A stretch of 64,000 nt of DNA, from positions 167,402,001 to 167,466,000 of the forward strand of contig NC_058368.1 in NCBI RefSeq assembly GCF_018350175.1. Reading direction: 5' to 3'. The notes beneath the pieces are model-generated. The model ran no database searches and was not told where the DNA came from. It saw only the letters and a program-made list of their open reading frames with translations. Below are positions 63,290-64,000 of this stretch, piece by piece; position 1 is the stretch's first letter; every line of letters starts with the position of its first letter. This stretch comes from Felis catus. Taxonomy: Eukaryota. The translations under genes and the position numbers were made by a program.

Positions 63290-63460
63290 CCTCATAGCAC
63301 CTTGTGCCTTGAGTGACAGCTATGTTTGTACCACTCTTATTCCCCCTTTGACTATAAAAGCTCCTTGAAAACAGGGGCTGTGCCTTAATCATATTTGTAT
63401 CCCCTATAGCAACAAGCACAGTGTTTGTATAACAGGTGCCAACAAATATTTGCTGAATTT
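63290..63460 (+). mobile_element. L2 3'-end fragment
   Basis: gactataaaagctccttgaaaacaggggctgtgcctt...tttgtatcccc...agcacagtg...caacaaatatttgctgaat. Confidence 0.8.
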
Positions 63461-63879
63461 AATACTAGAAAAATTACTCCCTATGCTGCAAGGTTGGAGA
63501 AACCAGCCAGCAGGCTATTGTATTATATACAACATCAGATAGGAAATGGATTTAAAGGGGGTAGTGCCTATGGAAATGTGGAAATAGAAATCTAAGAGTC
63601 TAATAGTCCAATTGTCCACCTTCAGGATTTCTTATATAAATGAATCTTTTGAGCCTGGAATCCAGGAAAAAATAGTGGTATATATTACCTCCCAAATGTT
63701 GGGAGGAAGGTGTGTTTTCCCCATGGACTAGATGAGCTCAGTGCTGAAGATGTAGCTTCTAAATCGGCAATGGGACAAACAAAAGAGAATGTACTATAGC
63801 TACAAGCAGCTAAAAATACTAATTGCTACATGCAAATTTTATCCCCTATCTTGAGATGTGGTTAAATTTTTACTTGTTA

Positions 63880-63950
63880 ATTGATTCATTCATTTCTTCC
63901 TTCATTTAATATTTACAAATTACTTACATTGTGCAAGGCACTGTTGCTTC
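63880..63950 (-). mobile_element. L2 3'-end fragment
   Basis: gattcattcatt...cattgtgcaaggcactgt. Confidence 0.5.
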
Positions 63951-64000
63951 CAAGGCTTACTCAAAAGTCTATTTGGATTTACTGTCTGTTTCACGTTGAA

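Overview
Mammalian nuclear DNA, almost certainly a felid: the SINEs are carnivore tRNA-derived Can-SINEs, one of them the young SINEC_Fc-type. The whole window lies inside the ephrin-A5 gene (EFNA5) on the minus strand. The only coding sequence I can support is one 293-nt internal exon (6177-6469, exon 2 by homology), which encodes most of the Eph-receptor-binding domain and has canonical AG/GT splice sites. Positions 1-6176 are the downstream intron and 6470-64000 are part of the very long upstream intron. The rest is ordinary intronic material: 9 tRNA-derived SINEs (7 full-type Can-SINEs, 2 short-type), many decayed MIR, L2 and L3 copies, DNA-transposon relics (MER5A1-, MER20-, MER91A- and Tigger2a-like), two MaLR LTRs, one solo ERV1-type LTR and microsatellites. 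Repeat family names come from my recall of consensus sequences, not from a search, and boundaries of old repeats are approximate. I found no convincing new biological system. The best leads are a 33-bp near-perfect inverted repeat that pairs fully only in the EFNA5 transcript direction (28142-28224), repeat-free homeodomain-motif-dense blocks that look like intronic enhancers (best 15370-15770), a very young SINE that may be polymorphic, and inverted SINE arrangements relevant to RNA editing or exon circularisation.
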